A DNA stretch of 64,000 bases, taken from contig JAVZLQ010000004.1 in assembly GCA_038883655.1 (NCBI GenBank), positions 32,001 through 96,000 of the forward strand, in the 5' to 3' direction. The stretch comes from Candidatus Bathyarchaeia archaeon (GTDB taxonomy: Archaea > Thermoproteota > Bathyarchaeia > Bathyarchaeales > Bathycorpusculaceae). The notes under the pieces are model-generated. The model was not told the DNA's origin. It saw only the letters and a list, made by a program, of their open reading frames with translations, and made no database searches. This document shows, piece after piece, positions 10,105-20,014 of the stretch (position 1 is the stretch's first letter; each line of letters opens with the position of its first letter). Made by a program: the position numbers and the translations under genes.

Positions 10105-12463
10105 TCAGTTGCTGCTTTATATTGGTTCTTTTTTCCTCCGCGAGAGGTCCAAACTTCTTTATTCTGTCCGTGAACATCGTGAAAAGTTCTGCTGCCTTCT
10201 TGTAAACTGGCAATGGAACATAACTGTAGCGCAGGCGCATTGATTCTACGCCGTATTTTGCTAGGTCTCTTCCCATGTCAATCATGCGTTTCTTTGTGAA
10301 CTTCTCGTCTATTTCCTCTGAGCCCTCAATCACTAGGATGCCGTCCGCTCCATAAGCAAAAGCGTATAGGATATGTTTTAATCCCAAGATTGCTGTTGAT
10401 GGCACAGCAACTATGCGAACGTTTTCCGGATAGTTTGTTCTGTCCAATCCCAAAAAGTCTATTCCAGTGTAACCAACATTTTTGTCGACAAAGGCGATTA
10501 TCCGCACTTCGCCAGCCTCTTTTTCCGCTAGTACGCCTCTCAATGTTGCGAGAATCTGCTTTGTCGTTGCATTCTTAAAGTCTATGGCTTCTTGTGGGCA
10601 CACTGGTATGCATGCACCGCATCCGACGCACTGAAACGGGTCTATTTTCGCTTTTCCTTCAACCATTGTTATGGCGTTCACTGGGCAGATTGGTACGCAT
10701 GCTTGGCAGCCATTGCACAGGTCCGATATGATGTAGGCTTTTTCTGGACTTGTGGTGACGTATTCGCTTTTGAGGAAGAGCGCCGCCCTCGCCGCTGCGC
10801 CCAAACCGTCTGAAACAGTGTCTCTAACGTCTTTTGGGCTTAGAGTGCATCCGCAAGCGAAAATTCCAGTGACAAGCGAATCGACAGGGTCAAGCTTTGG
10901 ATGCTTCTCGGTTATGAAACCGTCTTCGCCAATTGCCACCTTCATTTTTTCGGCAAGTTCCTTAAGTCCCGCTGGCGGAACCATGGGCGTAGCTAAAGCA
11001 ACCATATCATACTCGTCTTCGCGCATCTCGCCAGTTAATGTGTCTTCAGCCAAAACCACAAGCTTGCCATTGGCGTTGTTCTTGTAGATTTCAGCCACCT
11101 TGCCCTTGATGAAGACGACGCCAGCTTCTTGGTCACGCCAGTACAAGTCCTCATAGCCCTTTCCAGTCGCCCTAATGTCTATGTAATAGATGGTTACGTC
11201 TATTCCAAGCATCTTTTTAAGTACAAACGCTTGTTTAAGCGAGTACATGCAGCAGATGCGGCTGCAGTACGGGATGTAGTTTTTGTCACGTGAACCAGCG
11301 CAGAGGACAATCGCCATTTTCCTAACATCACTTCCGTCAGCCCTCTTAACAAAACCACCAGTTGGTCCAGTTGCGGATGTTAGCCTCTCCAGCTCCATCA
11401 TTGTTATTACGTCTTTGTATATGCCATAACCGTAAATCTCCAGCTTCCGCGCGTCGTAGAGCTGGTATCCAGTAGCCAAAATTATCGCGCCAACGTTTAG
11501 CTCAACCACTTTGCCCGCGTCGTCTATGTTTATGGCTTTTGCTGGGCAAAGCTGCTCGCATTTTCGGCATTTGTTGCAAGCGTTGAAGTCTATGGCGTAG
11601 GCTGATGGGACTGCCTGTGGAAACTCGATGTAGGCTGCTTTCCTCTGCGTTAAGCCTTCATTAAACTCGTCTGGAACCGTTATTGGACAAACTTTGGCGC
11701 ATACGCCGCAGCTTCTGCACTTTTCAACGTCCACGCCTCTTGGCTTCATGAAAACCTTAACTTTGTAATTACCTGGTCTCCCGCTTACTTCTTGCACTTC
11801 AGCATAAGTCAGCAAATTCACGTTCGGGTTTCTTCCAACCTCGGCCATTCTCGGCGTCAAAATGCACTGGGCGCAGTCCAATGTTGGAAAAACTTTTGTA
11901 AGCTTTGCCATGTTGCCGCCTATGCTTGGCTTTCGCTCCACAAGGTGCACCTTATAACCCAAATATCCAAGCTCAAGCGCAGCTGTTATGCCGGCTATGC
12001 CGCCGCCAATTATGAGGATTTCCCTTGACCCTTTCTCACTTATAGTTTCTAGTGGTTCAAGTTCGAAACTTCTTTCGTAACCGCCTCGGATTAGGCTTAT
12101 GGCTTTTTTTGTGGCTTCTGCCGAGGCATGTGGACCGTGAACCCATGAGCTTTGTTCGCGGATATTTACAAACTCAAGCATGTAAGGGTTTAGTCCAGCC
12201 CTTTCCAAAACGCTTTGGAACGTTTGCAAGTGCATGCGCGGCGTGCAACTTGCGACTACAACGCGGTCAAGGTTGTTCTTTTTTATGGCTTCAATTATCA
12301 TTTCCTGGGCGGGCTTTGAACACAAGTACTTGTGCTGTTTGGCGACAACGACGCCTTCCCAATTTTTAACAGCTTCAACAACAGCCTTAACATCCACCAC
12401 ATCGCCTATGTTTCCGCCGCATTCGCAGACAAAAATTCCAATTCTCGGCGTTTTCTTCTCCAT
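10097..12463 (-). CDS. hdrA: HdrA-like flavoprotein with a C-terminal cysteine-free MvhD-like domain
   Basis: Motifs CECGGNIG, ASCTPR, GGGIAG, FPTLDCAQC, inserted ferredoxin, CSRICCMYSLK and C-terminal ferredoxin. The MvhD-like tail has no Cys. Confidence 0.9.
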   Translation of the reverse strand: MEKKTPRIGIFVCECGGNIGDVVDVKAVVEAVKNWEGVVVAKQHKYLCSKPAQEMIIEAIKKNNLDRVVVASCTPRMHLQTFQSVLERAGLNPYMLEFVNIREQSSWVHGPHASAEATKKAISLIRGGYERSFELEPLETISEKGSREILIIGGGIAGITAALELGYLGYKVHLVERKPSIGGNMAKLTKVFPTLDCAQCILTPRMAEVGRNPNVNLLTYAEVQEVSGRPGNYKVKVFMKPRGVDVEKCRSCGVCAKVCPITVPDEFNEGLTQRKAAYIEFPQAVPSAYAIDFNACNKCRKCEQLCPAKAINIDDAGKVVELNVGAIILATGYQLYDARKLEIYGYGIYKDVITMMELERLTSATGPTGGFVKRADGSDVRKMAIVLCAGSRDKNYIPYCSRICCMYSLKQAFVLKKMLGIDVTIYYIDIRATGKGYEDLYWRDQEAGVVFIKGKVAEIYKNNANGKLVVLAEDTLTGEMREDEYDMVALATPMVPPAGLKELAEKMKVAIGEDGFITEKHPKLDPVDSLVTGIFACGCTLSPKDVRDTVSDGLGAAARAALFLKSEYVTTSPEKAYIISDLCNGCQACVPICPVNAITMVEGKAKIDPFQCVGCGACIPVCPQEAIDFKNATTKQILATLRGVLAEKEAGEVRIIAFVDKNVGYTGIDFLGLDRTNYPENVRIVAVPSTAILGLKHILYAFAYGADGILVIEGSEEIDEKFTKKRMIDMGRDLAKYGVESMRLRYSYVPLPVYKKAAELFTMFTDRIKKFGPLAEEKRTNIKQQLTI

Positions 12464-12561
12464 GACGAGTAATCTCCACTTTCAATGATATTTTTGACTC
12501 ATAGAAGGGAAAACACTTATTAAAAATCTTACCCCCAAAAATCAGTCAAAGTGACATCTAA

Positions 12562-13671
12562 ATGAACGTTCAAGAACTCATCCAAAAACACAAACTTCTC
12601 GAATGCATACAATGTGGAATGTGCACGGGCAGCTGCCCAGTAGCCAAAAAAGCCAACTTAAACGTCAGGCGCTACATGCGCGAGGTCTCCGCGCTGGGAA
12701 GGTTAACAATTCATCCACAAAACGAGCTGTGGAGCTGTACAACGTGTTCCACGTGCGGCGTCCGTTGCCCGAAGGACCTTAACCCATACGAGTTCTTAAT
12801 AGACATCAGAAGCGTGGCTGTTGAAGAGGGACAAATAGCGCCAACTATACGCGATGCGCTTGAAAGCACATTTAAGAATGGAAATCCATGGGCTAGAATC
12901 CGAAGCAAACGCACTGAGTGGAGCCAAGGCTTAAACGTTAAACACATTTCACAAGGTGCAGAAATCCTCTATTATGTTGGTTGCACACCGGCTTATGACC
13001 CGCGTGTTCAAAACGTGGCTAAAAGTTTTGTTTTGTGCCTCCAAAAGGCTGGAGTAAGCTTTGGAGTTTTAGGCGAAGAGGAAAATTGCTGTGGAAGCGA
13101 AGTTTACGGCATGGGCGAGAAAGGCTTGTTTGAATTTCTAGTTGAGGAGAACATGAAAATCTTCAACAAATACGCCGTCAAACAAGCCGTAACAAACTGT
13201 CCACATGGCTTTCACGCCTTCAAAAACCGCTACAACCAAACAAGCTTTGAGCCGCTTCATCACACGCAGTTGCTAGCCAAACTTGTAGACGAGAAAAAAC
13301 TAACCTTCACAAAAGAAGTGAACAAAAAGGTAATTTACCATGACCCATGCTTCCTTGGCAAACAAAACGGCATATACGAAGAACCAAGAAAAGTTGTTGA
13401 GAGCATTCCAGGCGTGACGCTTTTAGAGTTTGACCGTTCAAGAGCCAGAAGCCTATGCTGCGAGGGAGGAGGCGGAAGAATGTGGGTTGACATTCCAGGT
13501 CCAAGATTGGCTGAAATACGCGTTAGGGACGCTGTAGCTGCTGGCGCTGAAATTTTAGCTGTGGCTTGTCCATTCTGCCTCTTAACGATTGAAGATGCTG
13601 TTAAAACAACTGGCAACGAAGGGAAAATCCAAGTCTTGGACATAGCCGAGTTTGTTACCCAGGCAATCTAG
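12562..13671 (+). CDS. HdrD/FadF-like Fe-S oxidoreductase (two [4Fe-4S] motifs plus two CCG domains), no membrane domain
   Basis: Motifs CIQCGMCTGSCP, CTTCSTCGVRCP, NCCGS, YHDPC, LCCEGGG, ACPFC. Confidence 0.88.
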   Translation: MNVQELIQKHKLLECIQCGMCTGSCPVAKKANLNVRRYMREVSALGRLTIHPQNELWSCTTCSTCGVRCPKDLNPYEFLIDIRSVAVEEGQIAPTIRDALESTFKNGNPWARIRSKRTEWSQGLNVKHISQGAEILYYVGCTPAYDPRVQNVAKSFVLCLQKAGVSFGVLGEEENCCGSEVYGMGEKGLFEFLVEENMKIFNKYAVKQAVTNCPHGFHAFKNRYNQTSFEPLHHTQLLAKLVDEKKLTFTKEVNKKVIYHDPCFLGKQNGIYEEPRKVVESIPGVTLLEFDRSRARSLCCEGGGGRMWVDIPGPRLAEIRVRDAVAAGAEILAVACPFCLLTIEDAVKTTGNEGKIQVLDIAEFVTQAI

Positions 13672-13742
13672 CGAAATTTTACTGATTTATGTTTCAAAAT
13701 GTTTTTACATCAACAAGGCGGTTAAATTACTTAGTGGTCTGT

Positions 13743-13925
13743 TTGGCGAGAGAGAAAAAGAAGCGCAAGGCTTCTAGAGAGGAAAGCGAAAAGAATTTTT
13801 ACTGTGAAGTTTGCGGCTGCGAAATTGACGAGGACGAATACGAGAATTTTGATGGCATGTGTTGGGAGTGCTGGGACGACCAGATGACAGAGGAATCAGA
13901 TGACATGTTTGGGGATGTCATGTAA
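13743..13925 (+). CDS. Small acidic CxxC...CxxC protein (paralog A)
   Basis: YCEVCGCEIDEDEYENFDGMCWECW; basic N-terminus; probable TTG start at 13743. Confidence 0.7.
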   Translation: MAREKKKRKASREESEKNFYCEVCGCEIDEDEYENFDGMCWECWDDQMTEESDDMFGDVM

Positions 13926-14071
13926 TGGACGAGGAAACAGAAGTTTACAGATGCCTATTATGCGGAAAGCAAATCTCACAGGAGGAATACGAGCTTTTCG
14001 ATGGCTTATGCCAGGAATGCTACGAAATTGAAATAAGCGAACTTGACTTTGACATTGACGAAGACGATTAG
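13925..14071 (+). CDS. Small acidic CxxC...CxxC protein (paralog B, 48 aa, not in ORF track)
   Basis: Manual translation MDEETEVYRCLLCGKQISQEEYELFDGLCQECYEIEISELDFDIDEDD*. ATG overlaps the upstream TAA; motif shared with paralog A. Confidence 0.75.
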   Translation: MDEETEVYRCLLCGKQISQEEYELFDGLCQECYEIEISELDFDIDEDD

Positions 14072-14128
14072 GCGCATGCAAAATTGATAAGACTTGACAA
14101 CAAAATATTAGCGTGGAGGCTGCTACGC

Positions 14129-15064
14129 ATGGAAAAGTGGGACCTAATCATTATAGGCGGTGGCGCCGCTGGCTTGGCGGCTGGAATCTACGGCGCAAGA
14201 AGCGGACTAAAAACGCTGGTTTTAGAGGAAAAGATGGTTGGAGGCACAACTGCTGACGCCCCGCTCATTGAGAATTATCCGGGATTCGAAAGTATAAGTG
14301 GTATTGAGCTTGCCCAGAAAATGGCTGCGCACTGCAGAAAAGTGGGCGTGACAATACGCGAATTCGAGAAAGTTTTAGGCATGGACTTGAAAAGTGAAGC
14401 CAAGCTGATAAAAACAAACAAAGCCACCTACGAAGCTAAAGCGGTCATAATTGCGTCTGGCTCGCATTATCGCGAATTGGGCGTTCCAGGCGAAAAAGAG
14501 TTTCGCGGAAGGGGTGTAAGCTACTGCGGCATCTGTGACGGACCACTGTTTAAGGGTAAGCGTGTGCTCGTTGTTGGCGGAGGCAACTCCGCCGTTGTAA
14601 CGGCTTTGTATATGGCTGAAATTGCTAGCGAGGTCAAGGTTTCGCATAGGCGAGATGCTTTTAGGGCTGAGGAAGCACTTGTAAAAGCGTTAAAAGAGAA
14701 AGCCAACGTGGAAATTTTGTGGAACACTGAGGTTAGGGAGATTAGAGGCGAAAAACTCGTGAACAAGGCGGTAATCTTCAACAACAAAACCAACGAAACC
14801 AGCGAGTTGCCCATCGACGGCGTTTTCATACAAGTTGGCGAAGACCCAAACAGCCAACTAGCCAAAGAAGCAAGCGTAGCCACAGACGAGGAAGGTTACA
14901 TAATAATTGACATACGCCAGAGAACAAACATTCCAGGGGTTTACGCCGCTGGAGACGTCACAAACCATCCGGTGAAGCAAGTTGGAACGGCTGTTGGGCA
15001 GGGTATAACCGCCGCGCTTGAGGCTTATGGTTATATTCGCAGACCTTACTATTATAAACCCTAG
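14129..15064 (+). CDS. trxB: Thioredoxin-disulfide reductase
   Basis: Motifs GGGAAGL, GRGVSYCGICDG, VGGGNSA, YAAGDV. Confidence 0.93.
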   Translation: MEKWDLIIIGGGAAGLAAGIYGARSGLKTLVLEEKMVGGTTADAPLIENYPGFESISGIELAQKMAAHCRKVGVTIREFEKVLGMDLKSEAKLIKTNKATYEAKAVIIASGSHYRELGVPGEKEFRGRGVSYCGICDGPLFKGKRVLVVGGGNSAVVTALYMAEIASEVKVSHRRDAFRAEEALVKALKEKANVEILWNTEVREIRGEKLVNKAVIFNNKTNETSELPIDGVFIQVGEDPNSQLAKEASVATDEEGYIIIDIRQRTNIPGVYAAGDVTNHPVKQVGTAVGQGITAALEAYGYIRRPYYYKP

Positions 15065-15153
15065 GTGTGCTCCAAAACCATTATATTATTGGAGTTGCCA
15101 TCAAAAATCTTCTTAAGCCTTTACGCGTTAGGCGTGAGGCAAGTTTACGCTAG

Positions 15154-16395
15154 ATGGTGGAGAAATGGTGCATGAACGAAGCTACGTGCGCTGCTGCTGT
15201 GCGCATAAATCAGGACTATTGTAGTAAATGTGCGGTTTGCTATGCTGTTTGTCCCTATGAGGCTGTAAAGCGGGATCCAGAAAGCGGCAATTTCGAGGTT
15301 GACATTCAAAAATGCCAAGTCTGCGGAATCTGTTATAGCGCTTGTCCATCATTAGCCATAGAAATTGTCTATTACAATTACGAAAATTTGATGGAATATT
15401 TGGAGCATATGCGCGAGAAAGTCAAAAGCGAAACACTTGTTCTGATGTGTCGTGGCAATTCTCCCGCAACGTGTGAAGTTGAGGAAATTCTGAAAGCTCA
15501 TGGCTTAAACGTGAAGGATTACATTCCACTGCGGATTCCGTGTTCTGGTCGTGTGCCAACAGAATTTGTTTTTAGGGCTTTAAATTCTGGCATTAAAAAC
15601 GTAATTTCAATACAATGTGAGGACGAGTTCTGCCGCTTCAAAAGGGGAACAAAAATCAACACGAGGAGGCTTATGCTTGGCAAAGCCGTTCTGGAGCAGC
15701 TGGGCTTCAGCAAAGATGCTTTAAAAGTGGTAAAGTATTCACATAAGGCTGTTTACGACACTGAAAAGTGTGTTGGCTGCGATAAATGCGTTTTCATCTG
15801 CCCCTACGGCGCAATTGAAGCCGAAGAGTTTGCAACGCCACGGATAATCCAAGAGGCGTGTATGGGTTGTGGAGCATGCGCGTTGGTTTGTCCGCACTTG
15901 GCAATACAGGTTAAAGGTTTCGAATTTGAAAACATCAGCAAGCTTGTGAGGCTTTATGGAGAAGCTGCGAGAAAAATGAAGGGAGAAGCTAACTTTCCGT
16001 CAATACTTGTCTTTTGCTGTCAATGGTCAGAATTCTCTTGCCTAGACGACCCAGAATGCCTACTTTTCAAAAAGAAGGCTGTAGCCATGGAAATCCCATG
16101 CTTCAAGGCTTTAGATCCAGTTCACGTTGTCGAAGCATTACATAGCGGCTTCGACGGTGTAATGGCCGTTGTCTGCTCAGCTGAGGACTGCAAACTTCAA
16201 GAGGGAAGAGAAACAGCCGAAAGAAACATGGACGTTCTTAAAGATTTTCTAAAAAAGAATGGTTTACTTGAGCGTTTCGAGCTTTTCACGGTTTCTCCTC
16301 GCTGCGTAGGTGAATTTAACCAGAAATTTGAGGAGTTTTTCAAAAAGATTGCGTCTATGCCGCCCTTGAGGCTTGAGGTTTTGGAGGCGAAATAG
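15154..16395 (+). CDS. Tandem (ferredoxin-MvhD)x2 iron-sulfur protein
   Basis: Four CxxCxxCxxxCP motifs in two pairs, each pair followed by an MvhD-like segment (RIPCSGRV...CEDEFC; FCCQWS...IPC...CSAEDC). Confidence 0.8.
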   Translation: MVEKWCMNEATCAAAVRINQDYCSKCAVCYAVCPYEAVKRDPESGNFEVDIQKCQVCGICYSACPSLAIEIVYYNYENLMEYLEHMREKVKSETLVLMCRGNSPATCEVEEILKAHGLNVKDYIPLRIPCSGRVPTEFVFRALNSGIKNVISIQCEDEFCRFKRGTKINTRRLMLGKAVLEQLGFSKDALKVVKYSHKAVYDTEKCVGCDKCVFICPYGAIEAEEFATPRIIQEACMGCGACALVCPHLAIQVKGFEFENISKLVRLYGEAARKMKGEANFPSILVFCCQWSEFSCLDDPECLLFKKKAVAMEIPCFKALDPVHVVEALHSGFDGVMAVVCSAEDCKLQEGRETAERNMDVLKDFLKKNGLLERFELFTVSPRCVGEFNQKFEEFFKKIASMPPLRLEVLEAK

Positions 16396-16396
16396 G

Positions 16397-18635
<2,239 letters not shown>

Positions 18636-18639
18636 TGTC

Positions 18640-18689
18640 AAATTTAGGCGTCTGCTAAAGCATAAAATGGATACCCTCTCTACGTTTTT
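18640..18689 (+). repeat. Dispersed ~50-bp element, copy 2 (just after nfnB stop)
   Basis: AAATTTAGGCGTCTGCTAAAGCATAAAATGGATACCCTCTCTACGTTTTT. Confidence 0.65.
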
Positions 18690-18724
18690 GGCTTAGTTTC
18701 CAATCAAGAATGACTCTCCCTCTT

Positions 18725-19147
18725 CTAGATTTTAGCTGCAAAATTTCCAATATTTCTAACAGCAGCTTCAAGAAAATCCTCGAATCTCTTTAGACACTTT
18801 GGCGGGACTATTCTAGCAACATTAAATGAAACCAACCTGTAAACTGTCCGTTCTTGTCCAGTCTCTACTTTAGCCACTACCATCGGTCTTTTACAATTAG
18901 GACATAAAGAAAAATAAACTGAAACCTTCTCTTTTTTATCTTTGCTTGTAACTACTAAATATTTAGGTTCAGGGCAAAGATGACCTTTAACATCTTCGGA
19001 GTATAAAGTTTTAACTTCATCAAAAAACGATATGTTGACAATGAGGGCATTTTCCACTAGACCCTTCTTTGTAGGATAATTCTTCCGACAAATCGCATAC
19101 CACTTAATTCTAAATTTCGAATTATTTTTATGTTTTTCACTTCCCAT
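18725..19147 (-). CDS. Hypothetical protein in AT-rich islet
   Basis: 140-aa ORF with ATG start, GAGGTGG SD-like sequence and a CPNC motif; no family recognised. Confidence 0.55.
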   Translation of the reverse strand: MGSEKHKNNSKFRIKWYAICRKNYPTKKGLVENALIVNISFFDEVKTLYSEDVKGHLCPEPKYLVVTSKDKKEKVSVYFSLCPNCKRPMVVAKVETGQERTVYRLVSFNVARIVPPKCLKRFEDFLEAAVRNIGNFAAKI

Positions 19148-19241
19148 TTATTACCACCTCAGCAAGGGATAAGAAATTTTATGTTTTCACTCTTTATGGC
19201 GTTAGGAGACGCTAGGCTTGTTTTCTGATTTTTCAGCTTAA

Positions 19242-19616
19242 CCTTATCCATCAAGCACACATAGCGTCTTTGTTTTAGTCTTTCAAAGCACCATTTCAAA
19301 ATTGTCTTATATTCTTACATTGTTTCTAACTGTTATATCACTTCTGATTGCTTTTCCAATTCAAGGGCTTAACGAAACTATCCAATTAATAATTCGGGTA
19401 ATGCTTACAATTTTTATTGGCGTATTCTTTGTTTATACTATTTGATCTATTAATTCTATTTCAAGGAATTACGAACAAGAACTCCAAAAAATTTCTGAAA
19501 TGCTTGAAGAAGTTAAACAAGGAAATGAGCTGCCAAAACTTGAAGATATTGCCAAAAAATGTCAAAGAAAAAAGGTGTATGAAACTAGCTTCTGCCTTTA
19601 CCATAAACCCAAATAG
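19242..19616 (+). pseudogene. Degraded two-TM membrane protein gene with in-frame TGA
   Basis: Frame reads ...ILTLFLTVISLLIAFPIQGLNETIQLIIRVMLTIFIGVFFVYTI*SINSISRNYEQELQKISEMLEEVKQG...*. TGA at 19443-19445; no ATG start for the N-terminal part. Confidence 0.5.
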
Positions 19617-19698
19617 TAAAGCCAAAATTATAACCGTACAAAATTTAGCTTCTGAAGGCAGATTATAATCTCATAAATCGCAACTATTGCCTTATCTT

Positions 19699-19908
19699 TC
19701 AGCTTTTTAGCGATTCTCCTAATGCCAGCACGCCAGCTGCTATAGTGGCGCCGATTAAGGCGATTATTGCTTGAAAGCCCCCGGGACTAGGCGGGTGCTC
19801 TATTAGTGCTCCTATAAGCCAGCCTGCAAGTGTGAATAGGGCTATGCCAATGAATGCGAAGCTAAACTTCACTTTATCCATTACCAATCCATCCTTTTTA
19901 TCAGACAT
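19699..19908 (-). CDS. Small two-TM membrane protein
   Basis: 69 aa, two hydrophobic helices, ATG start. Confidence 0.6.
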   Translation of the reverse strand: MSDKKDGLVMDKVKFSFAFIGIALFTLAGWLIGALIEHPPSPGGFQAIIALIGATIAAGVLALGESLKS

Positions 19909-20014
19909 AAGTTGATTTTAAAGTTATAGGTTTAATTAACTTTGAAAATGCTGTTTATTTTTAGGTAAACTTTTAATCCTCGCCGCCGAATCTTCAAGGT
20001 GCTGGTGTCTTAGC

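Noticed and set aside
19443-19445. In-frame TGA as possible selenocysteine
   Set aside because: It sits at the end of a TM helix with no redox motif, and all Mvh/Hdr sites that can be Sec in methanococci are Cys here. A nonsense mutation is simpler.
19417-19668. 83-aa ORF from the track
   Set aside because: TTG start and no motif; the overlapping frame 19242-19616 looks more protein-like.
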